A DNA stretch of 64,000 nucleotides, from NCBI GenBank assembly GCA_965140445.1, contig OZ223236.1:3138498-3202497 (forward strand), in the 5' to 3' direction. Of the stretch, positions 40,008 to 49,674 are shown one piece after another. This DNA comes from Candidatus Ozemobacteraceae bacterium (GTDB taxonomy: Bacteria > Muiribacteriota > Ozemobacteria > Ozemobacterales > Ozemobacteraceae). Within the stretch, counting starts at the first letter, position 1; every line of letters begins with the position of its first letter. Under the pieces are notes generated by a model. The model was not told where the DNA came from and did not search any database. It saw only the letters and a list, made by a program, of their open reading frames with translations. The translations under genes and the position numbers were made by a program.

Positions 40008-42065
40008 TTATTTTGAAATTTCAACCATATCTATATATGGAATGCTGTTTGCTGCTGTAACAGTAATAGTAGCTTTCCCTGATTCTGGAACAAAAGAAAG
40101 TGGGATTTCTGTTGCGCCAGTATTAGAAATATAGCCTGCTCCAATAAGCTTGTTTTCATAGCTTACGCCAACATAAGATCCGGCAGGAGCGTTTACCTTA
40201 ATTGAAGAAGCTCTCATTGAAAGTTTCTCATCATGGCTTACAGCAAGCTTCTTTGGTTGGCCCATGAAAGTTGTAAGAGAAGGGTCACCCATGAGGTGAT
40301 AGACTTCCCAATAGTAATGCTTTCTGGTTGAACTTGATTCTTCAACAGCAAGATTGCCTGCAACCATAAAGGCAGCATTAGTAACACCAGTCTCAAACAT
40401 GGCTTCAAAAGCGCCAGGTCCAGTATTTTCTTTAAGTGGAGGAACGCCCTGATTATTTGGTTTTACGATTGAATGTAATCCAACACCCCACCAAATATCT
40501 TCATCCCAATAAGTGCTGTTAGAGCCACCAACATAACCGATAGCGCCAGCATCTTTTGCTCTCAACCAAGCTTCCCCAAAACATTCAGAAACTTCAAATT
40601 TGCTGGTTAAACAGCAATTGCCAATTATAAATGGATATTTGCCTTTGTTACCAAGTCCTTTAATTTTAGCAATGCTAAAACTTGGATCTGCCCATGAAGT
40701 AGGTGAACCATGTGCTGTATAGTTTACATAGCAAGCGCCGTTACTAATATCTTTAAGAATGCTTGATTCATTTTGATGTGAACCGGCAGAAAGGTAGGTT
40801 GCTATGTTATCAAAGCCATGTTCTTCGTTGATATAGTATTTCTTAGCATAGTTAATATGTGGCCAACCATGACTTTTAGCCCAATTACTATCCCATCCAG
40901 CGATTAAAACAACATCATCAAGGAAAGAAGGATCTGGGAAAAGGAATTTTTCATATTCAAGGGTTTTCTCAATTTGAGGAATCAACTGGTCCACAGTCTG
41001 AGCAGAAAATCTGCCGGTTAACATGTCTGGAAGAAAATCCCCAGGAGTGACTGCAGCATAGTACAGGTCGGTTATATGAGTCTTGGTCTGACCTTTAAAA
41101 GCAGGTATTAAATCGTGATCTCCTACAAACAAAACGTAACTTGGTGCAGGAGAATCAATTGTTGCATTGTTATACAAACCATGAAGATAATCCTGTAAAC
41201 CACTTTTGAGTGCTTCACCTGTCCCAAATTTGTCAGTGAAAACGAGGTCAACATTGAAACCTTTTTGTGTTTTCCAGGCAACAAAAGGAGCAAGAGCTTC
41301 TTTAAACATTGGATCAGATACGATTACGTATGTTTCTTTGGTATTTCTTTTTGCAAAATGCAAAGCTTCTGGAACTGTAACCATTTTTTCCATCCAGGAA
41401 AAAGCAGGAGTCCAGAGGTTAGTGCACATAGCTTTTGTTTTAGAAATGTTAGATCCAGTTAAAATAACTTCAAATTCAATGTTGTTGTAAACAACAATTT
41501 TATTTTCTACAGCATTATATTTGATTGGGGAAATGACAACATTAGCAAGTCTCATATGTCTCATCTGCCCAATTTCTTTAATGGATGTTAATTGCTGTCC
41601 ATTAAAACCTTTAGTAATATATGCAGATTTTTCATAGAGGAAAGGAACTTCTGATCCATCTTTTGGTGCAGATGGTTGTCTTGGGAAAATTGGATCACTG
41701 ATTCCATAATCCGCAAGTTTGTATTCCTTTGTGTCATAACCTTTAACTTCAATTCTAAAATTAGAGCCAATTGGGATTTGAATGAGTTTGCTGATTACTG
41801 GAAGCTGAGGTGTTCCATATTCTCCACCGAAATAAAATTGGGGTGAATAAATAACTGTGAAACCACCTTTTGGCGTTTCAGCATCATAAAAATGGAGTTT
41901 ATCCAATGAACAATTCATGCGAAGTGTCATTTCGCTTGATCCACCCATCTTTTCGGAAATGATTTCCAATCCACTTTTGTTGGAATTTGAAAGCACTATT
42001 TCGCCTGCAAAAGCGCTTCCGCACATAAAAATCACCAGAACTAATGTCGTAAAAAATCTTTTCAA
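40008..42065 (-). CDS. secreted peptidase C25 (gingipain-like, caspase fold) family protein
   Basis: Signal peptide MKRFFTTLVLVIFMCGSAFA. Catalytic His region VNYTAHGSPTSWADP and Cys region FIIGNCCLTSKF, in C25 order. Ig-like C-terminal domain. Confidence 0.7.
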   Translation of the reverse strand: MKRFFTTLVLVIFMCGSAFAGEIVLSNSNKSGLEIISEKMGGSSEMTLRMNCSLDKLHFYDAETPKGGFTVIYSPQFYFGGEYGTPQLPVISKLIQIPIGSNFRIEVKGYDTKEYKLADYGISDPIFPRQPSAPKDGSEVPFLYEKSAYITKGFNGQQLTSIKEIGQMRHMRLANVVISPIKYNAVENKIVVYNNIEFEVILTGSNISKTKAMCTNLWTPAFSWMEKMVTVPEALHFAKRNTKETYVIVSDPMFKEALAPFVAWKTQKGFNVDLVFTDKFGTGEALKSGLQDYLHGLYNNATIDSPAPSYVLFVGDHDLIPAFKGQTKTHITDLYYAAVTPGDFLPDMLTGRFSAQTVDQLIPQIEKTLEYEKFLFPDPSFLDDVVLIAGWDSNWAKSHGWPHINYAKKYYINEEHGFDNIATYLSAGSHQNESSILKDISNGACYVNYTAHGSPTSWADPSFSIAKIKGLGNKGKYPFIIGNCCLTSKFEVSECFGEAWLRAKDAGAIGYVGGSNSTYWDEDIWWGVGLHSIVKPNNQGVPPLKENTGPGAFEAMFETGVTNAAFMVAGNLAVEESSSTRKHYYWEVYHLMGDPSLTTFMGQPKKLAVSHDEKLSMRASSIKVNAPAGSYVGVSYENKLIGAGYISNTGATEIPLSFVPESGKATITVTAANSIPYIDMVEISK

Positions 42066-42394
42066 GTAAGTTCTCCCCTTATTTAAAAAACTTTGGTCTT
42101 CGGTTTCGGCTATGAAATTAAATTACATAGCTAGCATACAAGCATACAGTAAATGAAAAATGAAAGTCAATAACAAGAGCTTAGTGGCTATCAATTTCGC
42201 AGAAAAATAGTCATTTTCCCTTTTACCAGGCTTTTTTGGTATTCAGCCAAAGTAATATGAATACATGCTTGAAAAAAACATATTCGATTTTTCTAAAACC
42301 TGGAGTGAGTTTTAGTTATTAAAAATATAAACTTGTTGGTTACAAAATCAGGAAAATCAATTGTGTAAATTAAATTTGCTGCTATGGTTTATCT

Positions 42395-43030
42395 ATGGAA
42401 AAAAAGATTTGCCCTTTATGCCAGTTTTTATCTGATTTTTTTTACAAAGATACAGCAAGAAACTACTACAAATGCACGAATTGTTCTCTAGTCTTCGTTT
42501 TACCAGAAGAGTTTGTTTCAATTGAAGAAGAAAAAGCGGTTTATGAACTTCATCAAAACTCCCCTGAAGATCAAGGGTACCGCAACTTTTTATCGAGAAT
42601 TCTTGAGCCTATGGTGCAAAGAATATCGTTAAATTCAGTTGGATTAGATTTTGGCTGTGGTCCCGGTCCAACTCTTTCAATAATGTTTGAAGAAAAAGGT
42701 TATCAAATGAAAAATTTCGATCCCTTTTTTTGTAATGAAACAAAAAACTTAAATCAAAACTATGACTTTATTACTTCAACCGAGGTTTTGGAGCATTTAA
42801 GAAAGCCATTTGAGTCTTTAAATAAAGTTTGGGGTATGCTTCGAAACGAAGGATATCTTGGTATAATGACAAAGATGGTTATTAATAAGGAATCTTTTAA
42901 AAATTGGCATTATAAAAATGATGAAACCCATATTTGCTTTTTTTCGAAAAAAACATTCGCATGGCTTGGTGAACTGTGGGATTCAAAGCCTATTTTTTTA
43001 GGAAGTGATGTAATTCTTTTTAAAAAATGA
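42395..43030 (+). CDS. class I SAM-dependent methyltransferase with N-terminal zinc ribbon
   Basis: CPLCQF...YKCTNCSLVF, then motif I LDFGCGPGP. Confidence 0.7.
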   Translation: MEKKICPLCQFLSDFFYKDTARNYYKCTNCSLVFVLPEEFVSIEEEKAVYELHQNSPEDQGYRNFLSRILEPMVQRISLNSVGLDFGCGPGPTLSIMFEEKGYQMKNFDPFFCNETKNLNQNYDFITSTEVLEHLRKPFESLNKVWGMLRNEGYLGIMTKMVINKESFKNWHYKNDETHICFFSKKTFAWLGELWDSKPIFLGSDVILFKK

Positions 43031-43116
43031 AATCTTAATTAAGCAGAATTAAACATTTAGATTTTTTAAGTTCTGTTTTGAGTAAAGAAAAAATAATGCT
43101 TTTGTGAGGACTATTA

Positions 43117-43368
43117 TTGATGAAAATTGTTGCTTTTTTTGGGTTAGCTCTGTTTATGCTGTATGGTTTTTTTGACACCTTAAGTAAGGGAAGTATTAGT
43201 GAACAGACTAAAGGAAATTATTGGACACCATCTAAGACTAAGGTTTATTCAAGGGAGAAAAATCCGATACGTTTCTGGAGCCGGGCTTTAGGTTATCTTG
43301 CTGTCTCGTTGGTGCTTTTTATAGTGGGATTTTGGGAAATTGGATCTTTAACTGGAGTTATAAAATAA
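43117..43368 (+). CDS. small two-TM membrane protein, hypothetical
   Basis: Hydrophobic termini with a short soluble loop. Confidence 0.35.
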   Translation: MMKIVAFFGLALFMLYGFFDTLSKGSISEQTKGNYWTPSKTKVYSREKNPIRFWSRALGYLAVSLVLFIVGFWEIGSLTGVIK

Positions 43369-43422
43369 TCTGGTTTTGTTAACATTTGATTTGAAGTTTT
43401 TCTGATTAAGGAGACTACTGTT

Positions 43423-43926
43423 TTGAAAATTGAACAAAATTCTTTGAACAAACTATTACCTTTGGTATTCATTATTTTTTTCAGTTCTATTGCATATTGC
43501 ATTTTGCCTCCATCAATAATGAAAAAGAAGATATATGATTCTGAGATAAAAGGCGTGGCAAAGGTAGTTAGTCTAAATCAACTTTCCAGTGATGAATTAG
43601 ATAAAAAGATAGAAGTGGAATTTGAATTTGAGTGTTTCTTTGATTTTAAAAACCCGGAAAATGAATTAAAAGAAAATCGGATAATAGATAGCAAAGGAAA
43701 AATTGTAAAACTGATTATTTTTCAGCCACTTGAAGGCGATTTGCCAAGAAAAGGTGGGCCAATTTTTTATCAGCCAGAGGTTGGAAAAAAATACTTTGTA
43801 ACAGGTAAAAGAGCTGGAGACGTGGTAACCAGTCTTACTGAAATGAATCAAAAACTGGAAGCAGCCATAAAAAATAACCCCGCCTCAATTGAAGCGGGGA
43901 TGACTTCTGTTTATGTAAAAGATTAA
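43423..43926 (+). CDS. secreted hypothetical protein (TTG start)
   Basis: AAGGAGA RBS before the TTG. N-terminal signal/anchor. Confidence 0.45.
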   Translation: MKIEQNSLNKLLPLVFIIFFSSIAYCILPPSIMKKKIYDSEIKGVAKVVSLNQLSSDELDKKIEVEFEFECFFDFKNPENELKENRIIDSKGKIVKLIIFQPLEGDLPRKGGPIFYQPEVGKKYFVTGKRAGDVVTSLTEMNQKLEAAIKNNPASIEAGMTSVYVKD

Positions 43927-43942
43927 AAATAAACCAGCACTA

Positions 43943-45580
43943 TTATTGATTCATTGCTGCCAGCTCAGCTGATTTATGTTGATAATAGTCATAGTTGCCT
44001 TCATAGGTTCTCAACGCTCCATGATCAACTTCAAAAACCCGGTTAACTAATCTTTTAAGGAAATACCTGTCGTGGCTTACAATCATTACGGTACCTTCAA
44101 ATTCCTGCAATGCTTCTAGAAGGACCTCGCGACTTGTAATATCCAGATGGTTTGTTGGTTCATCAAGTATCAGGAAATTTACTGGCTGGGCCAGAAGGCA
44201 GGCAAGCATGACCCTGCTTTTTTCTCCACCAGATAAAATAGAAATCTTTTTGTCTGTATCGTCGCCAGAAAACAGGAAAGCTCCAAGAAGGTTTTTTATT
44301 GTTCCAATGCTAGCCATTGGAAGACGCCCCTGCAGCTCCTCAAAAATTGTTCTTTCAGGATTTAAAGCATCACAGGAGTATTGACTGAAATATCCTAGTT
44401 GAACACTTGCGCCCAGCGAACATGTTCCACCTGTTGGTTCAGTTAACTCGCTTATAACCTTTAGAAATGTAGATTTTCCAGCCCCATTCACACCGGTAAC
44501 GGCAATTTTATTAGTTCGTAAAACTTTACCGGAAACGCCTGAAAATACTGGCAACTCTCCTCCATCATAAAGAGGCCAGGTCTTGGAAAGATTCTCAAAT
44601 TCGACAACCACATCACCACTACGTTTTACTTCACCAAATCTGAATTTAATTACCTTTGGATCTGGTGGGACAACTATTCTTTCAATTTTATCCAGAGTTT
44701 TAACTCGTGACTGTACTTGAGCCGCATGAGATGCCCGGGCGGCAAACTTTGCAATGAATTCTTCTTCTTTGGCGAGCATCGATTGTTGTCTTTTTTGAGC
44801 TGCTAAAAGCTGTTCTCTTCTAATTACACGCTCTTTCAAATAAAAATCATAATCACCGCTATAAGTTGTAATTGTCTCGCCAGCGACTTCAATTGTTCTG
44901 GAACAAATTCTGGTCATAAACTCTCTGTCATGGCTAGTCATTACCAATGCGCCTTTAAAATCTTTTAACCATGCTTCAAGCCAGACAATGGTTTCAATAT
45001 CAAGATGGTTTGTGGGTTCATCGATAAGCAAAACATCCGGATTCAGAAGAAGGATTCTTGCAAGCGCTATTCGCATTTTCCAGCCGCCAGAAAAACTTTC
45101 TACCGGAAAATTCCATCTATCTGGACCTATCCCCAGGCCATTTAAAATTGTTTGTGCCTGCGTATCCATATCATAGCCATTAAGGTGCATAAATTCTTCT
45201 TGAAGCTTGCCATAATCATTTAAAACGACATCGTCCATTTCAAATTCAGGCAAAGCCATTTCATTTTCAATTTCCTGAAGTTTCAGACCAATTTCATATA
45301 CTTTACCAGCTCCGGCTTTTACTTCTTCTAAAGCGGAGCGACCTGACATTTCACCAACATCTTGGGAAAAATAACCGATGACAATTCCGGCATTAATGAA
45401 AATTTCGCCTTCATCGGGTTTTTCTTCGCCGGTAATCAGACGAAAAACTGTGGTTTTCCCTGCACCATTAGGACCGACAAGTCCAATTTTGTCACCTGGC
45501 CTGACCAGAAAGTTAGCGTTTTCAAAAAGTACACGATTAGAGTATGCAATTTTAACATTTGATAGGTTGATCATGGGCAA
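43943..45580 (-). CDS. ABC-F family ATPase (tandem ABC domains, no TMD; EttA/Uup/YheS-like)
   Basis: Two Walker A motifs (GPNGAGKTT and GVNGAGKST). Two signature motifs (FSGGWKMRIALA and LSGGEKSRVMLA). Charged inter-domain linker. Confidence 0.85.
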   Translation of the reverse strand: MPMINLSNVKIAYSNRVLFENANFLVRPGDKIGLVGPNGAGKTTVFRLITGEEKPDEGEIFINAGIVIGYFSQDVGEMSGRSALEEVKAGAGKVYEIGLKLQEIENEMALPEFEMDDVVLNDYGKLQEEFMHLNGYDMDTQAQTILNGLGIGPDRWNFPVESFSGGWKMRIALARILLLNPDVLLIDEPTNHLDIETIVWLEAWLKDFKGALVMTSHDREFMTRICSRTIEVAGETITTYSGDYDFYLKERVIRREQLLAAQKRQQSMLAKEEEFIAKFAARASHAAQVQSRVKTLDKIERIVVPPDPKVIKFRFGEVKRSGDVVVEFENLSKTWPLYDGGELPVFSGVSGKVLRTNKIAVTGVNGAGKSTFLKVISELTEPTGGTCSLGASVQLGYFSQYSCDALNPERTIFEELQGRLPMASIGTIKNLLGAFLFSGDDTDKKISILSGGEKSRVMLACLLAQPVNFLILDEPTNHLDITSREVLLEALQEFEGTVMIVSHDRYFLKRLVNRVFEVDHGALRTYEGNYDYYQHKSAELAAMNQ

Positions 45581-45866
45581 GGATTCTAGTGTAGAAGGGA
45601 TTTTAAGTCAATCATTTTTGTAGAAGCTTTACAGAGATGAGTTGAAAATTATGGAGGAATAATTTGTTTTGATAAGTAATTATATAAAAAGCTTTGTTAT
45701 TAAAAAGTAGTTGAAGTGCTTGTACTAAGGTTGAAAATTGCAATTTGAGAAAGGAAAAACTTATAAGTCAGAATTACATGTAATTTTGTTCTAGCCAGAT
45801 TTAAAAGAGAAATTTTTTGTTTTAAATTGAAAATAAGATGTTGAAGAAAATGCTTAACATAAATCT

Positions 45867-46904
45867 ATGTTATATAAAGGAAAACAAGATTTGGAGAAAA
45901 AATTGAGATTCTATTTAATAGTCGTTTTGCTTTTGATTTCTCCGTCCCTATATGGAGATTTTCAGCAGTTTGAAGCTCTTAAGGAAAAAGGGGAATTAAG
46001 AATTGCTTTAAATGGAAAAGATATTATTCCTTTCTTTTATACAGATAAAAATGGCACGCTTAAAGGCATAGAAATCGATCTGGCTAATGAAATTTGCAAG
46101 CAATTAGGTGTTAAGCCAATTTTTAATCGAAGTACCAAAAGTTTCGAGGGATTAGCAGATCTTATCGCCAGCGATGAAGCAGATATATGCGTTTCCTACC
46201 TATCCATAACTCCAAGAAGAGCCAGAAAAGTTTTATTTTCCCGGCCATATATGCGATTTAAGGCTACTTTATTGGTTAACTCTATGACTGCCACCCGAAA
46301 CGGCTGGAACGCAAAAGAAGCAAGCTTTTTTGATTACCTGAAAAAAAATAAGGGAGAAGGAATTTCAATCTTGACTGAGAAGGGGGGCTGGTATGCACAG
46401 CTTTCTAGAGTTGAGTTTCCAAAAGCTAAAATTATTGAAGTGAGTGACTGGGAAAAACATATTTCAGACGTTTTTGCAGGAAAAATCAGTTGTGTGTTTT
46501 ACGATAATTTTGTTCTTGGAGATATTTTAAGAAAACATCCAGAGTTAAACACAAGACTTTTTTTAGAGGAACACAAGGAAATAGAAGATTTAATAGGCAT
46601 TGCAGTTTCACCTGAATTGTCTCAGTTAGTTCCTTGGCTGAATAGCTTTATCGAACTAAATCGTCATAAATTCCTGGTAGAAAATCCTGAGAAGTTATTT
46701 CAAATAAATGAGTCGATTGAGCAGGAAAATAGAACCCAAAATGAAGCGTTTGAACAGCAAAATGTTAATGCCGATTCAAGAAATAAAGCAATGACAGCCG
46801 TAATGATTTCCTGCTTTATTCTCTTCTTAGCTATATTTTTAAGGGTCAAATACGTTGCTGGTAAAATTAGCTTTTGCCCAGAAAAAAAAGAGGATAAAAA
46901 ATGA
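45867..46904 (+). CDS. SBP_bac_3-type periplasmic solute-binding protein with C-terminal TM anchor
   Basis: Signal peptide, type-3 SBP fold signatures, and a C-terminal hydrophobic helix (AVMISCFILFLAIFL). ATGA coupling to the downstream transporter. Confidence 0.6.
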   Translation: MLYKGKQDLEKKLRFYLIVVLLLISPSLYGDFQQFEALKEKGELRIALNGKDIIPFFYTDKNGTLKGIEIDLANEICKQLGVKPIFNRSTKSFEGLADLIASDEADICVSYLSITPRRARKVLFSRPYMRFKATLLVNSMTATRNGWNAKEASFFDYLKKNKGEGISILTEKGGWYAQLSRVEFPKAKIIEVSDWEKHISDVFAGKISCVFYDNFVLGDILRKHPELNTRLFLEEHKEIEDLIGIAVSPELSQLVPWLNSFIELNRHKFLVENPEKLFQINESIEQENRTQNEAFEQQNVNADSRNKAMTAVMISCFILFLAIFLRVKYVAGKISFCPEKKEDKK

Positions 46905-48190
46905 AAGAAATGGAAAAGGAAAAGAAAGAATCCTGGTTTGAAAATCTTCGTTCTCCATGGGCAATACTTATTGGGGTAATCCTGGGTTTTGCTTTTGGGG
47001 TGCTGTTTCCTAATAATGGGAAAGATTTTCAATTGGTTGGCGATTTATTTTTGTCTTATATGACAATGTGTACACTTCCTATTATTGTTTCTGCTGTAAT
47101 ATCAAGTCTTGGAGGAGCTTTTCGATCAAAAAAGGCCTCAAAAAGACTACTGTCCATGTTTAAAAATATTTTGCTTTTTAATTTAATGATTGCTGCTTTA
47201 ACGGCTGGAGTTTTTTCTTACTATGAGATGGGATATAAAATTGATAAAGAAAAGCAAAAAACGCTTGGGAATCTGGTAAAGGTTCACTCTTCAGACAATG
47301 AAGTGTCGTTAGCAAATAAAAATGTTTTGAGCTTAGATTTTCTAAAAAAATTAATTCCAGAGAATATCTTTGCCGCCTTAAGTAAAGGAGATATTGTTGG
47401 AATTATTTTCTTTTCAATCTTTTTGGGCATTGCCTTAGGGGTTTTACGATGTGAAAGCAGTCAAAAATTATTAGAAGATTTTGATGCAATTTTTAGAGCT
47501 TGTCAGGTAATGCTTGAATGGGGATTATACTTTTTACCGATCGGCATCTGTAGCATTATTGCTTCTCAGTTCTCTTCACTTGGGGGAGAGACATTTAGAG
47601 CTATTCTTGAACTCTGTTTCTATCTTTACATGGTTTCTTGTTTTGTTATTCTTATTTTTTGGTATTTAATAAGCAAGGTTTCGGGCAAGTCGATGAAAGA
47701 GGTTTTTGTTGCCTTGAAAAAACCTCTTTTAATAGGGGTTTCCACGCAAGACAGCTTGTTGGCAATACCATCACTTATAGTGGCTTTCCAAAATAGTTTC
47801 AATCAGGATAACGATGATAGTTTGCAATCAACGATTCCATTAACGGTTTTATTTTGTAAAACAGGAACAATAATCTATATGATTGCTGTAACTTCTTTTT
47901 TCATAGTTTTTCTTGATCATCCAGTTGAGAATATAGTTGTTTCATCTATATTTCTCATTCTTGGTCCAGTATTTTTAAGTTTTGGTGATTCAGGAGGAGG
48001 TACTGCTATCTATAGCATGTTAACCGTAATTTTGAACTATTTCGGTTTGCCCATTGCTGTTGCTATTCCGTTACTAGTAAGTTTTGATTTTCTCTTTGAT
48101 CCGGTTTTAATAGCAGTTGATCTCTTAGCTGCTTCAACGATTGCTCTTTTTCAAACCAGAAAATTTGCAATAATTGATCAAAAAAACTAG
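46901..48190 (+). CDS. DAACS-family (dicarboxylate/amino acid:cation symporter)-like transporter
   Basis: ~10 TM. The N-terminal LFLSYMTMCTLPIIVSAVISSLGG and the later CKTGTIIYM resemble DAACS hairpin/NMDGT regions. Moderate certainty. Confidence 0.5.
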   Translation: MKEMEKEKKESWFENLRSPWAILIGVILGFAFGVLFPNNGKDFQLVGDLFLSYMTMCTLPIIVSAVISSLGGAFRSKKASKRLLSMFKNILLFNLMIAALTAGVFSYYEMGYKIDKEKQKTLGNLVKVHSSDNEVSLANKNVLSLDFLKKLIPENIFAALSKGDIVGIIFFSIFLGIALGVLRCESSQKLLEDFDAIFRACQVMLEWGLYFLPIGICSIIASQFSSLGGETFRAILELCFYLYMVSCFVILIFWYLISKVSGKSMKEVFVALKKPLLIGVSTQDSLLAIPSLIVAFQNSFNQDNDDSLQSTIPLTVLFCKTGTIIYMIAVTSFFIVFLDHPVENIVVSSIFLILGPVFLSFGDSGGGTAIYSMLTVILNYFGLPIAVAIPLLVSFDFLFDPVLIAVDLLAASTIALFQTRKFAIIDQKN

Positions 48191-48303
48191 GATTGAATAA
48201 CCGAAAACACAATAAATACTGTTAGCTTAGTTAAGGTTTTAAAACCATCCATTTTTTATAAGCAGATTTTTTTAAGACTTAAAAGGCTACTTGCAAGGAA
48301 AGT

Positions 48304-49674
48304 TTGATGAAAATAGTTATTTCAGGCGGCGAAGAAATTGGTTTCCTTTTTGCCAGACAGTTTTCTTTTCACAGTGATGTTCACGTAATTGAAACAGATG
48401 AAACTCTTGTCTCTCAACTGGAAAAATTAGATTTACAAGTTGTTAAGGGAAATCCAACCAGTTTAGCCACGCTTCAGGAGGCAAAAGTAGATGATTGTGA
48501 TGCTTTTATTGCCTGTGCCAAATCAGATGAAGTAAATGTAATTTCAAGTCTCGCTGTAAAACAACTTGGTAAAGCTAAAACATTTTGTTTCGTAAATAAA
48601 TCTCATTACTTTGAAACATTTGCAGGTGAACTTGGAGAGCATCTTGTCATAGATGGATTAATCTGGCCTGAAAAACTTCTTGGGGAATATATCTGCCAGA
48701 TCATTTCTGTTCCTGGCGCTATCGATGTAAAGCTCTTTGAACATGAAAATCTTAAGTTGCTTGAATATCGCTTTAAAGAAGGGGATTTAAACGTAGGGAA
48801 AACACTTAAAGATCTGAAGATGCCCAAAGGGACGCTCGCTGTAGCTATTTTCCGGGGAGAAAAAATTATTATTCCGGGCGGTTCAACCGTTTTTGAGGTT
48901 TTTGACAAAATAATTTTCATGGGTTTAGCAGAAAATATCAGAAAGTTAGAGGCTAGCTTCAATCCGGTATCAAAAGAAAGGCAAAATGTCGTTATCGTTG
49001 GCGGAGGTAATGTTGGTCATATACTTGCCGGTTCACTTCAAGCAACAGGAAAAGCAAAAATTCGTTTAATAGAGAGCAATCCTGATCGTTGCCAATATTT
49101 AGCAGAGCATCTTTCAGACTCTATTTTAATTTTAAATGCCGATGGAAGTAGCCAATTTTTCCTAAAATCTCAGCAAATTGCAAATTGTGATTGTTTCGTT
49201 GTTTTAACCGGTTCGGATGAAAGAAATTTGCTTGTTTCTATGCACGCAAAAAGACTAGGTGCAAAAAGGGTTATAACCCGCGCTCATTCAGTAGAAAACA
49301 TTGATCTTTTTGAACAATTAGGGATTGATGTGGCTTTAAGTTCACAATTTAATGCTATTCAAAACGTAACCAAAAAGGTGTCAGATGACCACATCGACAT
49401 ATTCACTATTTTTGAAAAAGGAAAAGCAGAAATTCGCGAAATAATTGTTCCAGCGAACTTTCCTCCAAGTAAACTTATTGATCTAAAGTTGCCACACGGA
49501 GTTATAATTGCGGCTATAAGGCGTGGAGGACAAACAATAGTGCCTCATGGAGAAGATAAAATTAAGGGTAAAGACCGACTGAGAGTTTTTTGTGCTGTTG
49601 ACCAGGGTGAATCAATTTTAGATTTTTTAAATGAGTTTTGCAAAAGCAAACATCAGGAAAAAAATTCCCCATGA
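48304..49674 (+). CDS. trkA: Trk potassium uptake system NAD-binding protein TrkA (two RCK_N/RCK_C pairs)
   Basis: Second Rossmann motif VVIVGGGNVGHILAGSL. Two-lobed 456-aa architecture. Followed by trkH with overlap. Confidence 0.85.
   Translation: MMKIVISGGEEIGFLFARQFSFHSDVHVIETDETLVSQLEKLDLQVVKGNPTSLATLQEAKVDDCDAFIACAKSDEVNVISSLAVKQLGKAKTFCFVNKSHYFETFAGELGEHLVIDGLIWPEKLLGEYICQIISVPGAIDVKLFEHENLKLLEYRFKEGDLNVGKTLKDLKMPKGTLAVAIFRGEKIIIPGGSTVFEVFDKIIFMGLAENIRKLEASFNPVSKERQNVVIVGGGNVGHILAGSLQATGKAKIRLIESNPDRCQYLAEHLSDSILILNADGSSQFFLKSQQIANCDCFVVLTGSDERNLLVSMHAKRLGAKRVITRAHSVENIDLFEQLGIDVALSSQFNAIQNVTKKVSDDHIDIFTIFEKGKAEIREIIVPANFPPSKLIDLKLPHGVIIAAIRRGGQTIVPHGEDKIKGKDRLRVFCAVDQGESILDFLNEFCKSKHQEKNSP

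Noticed and set aside
48191-48303. Possible c-di-AMP (ydaO-type) riboswitch upstream of trkA
   Set aside because: The leader is ~110 nt and AT-rich, with none of the conserved ydaO pseudoknot or ACGG elements.
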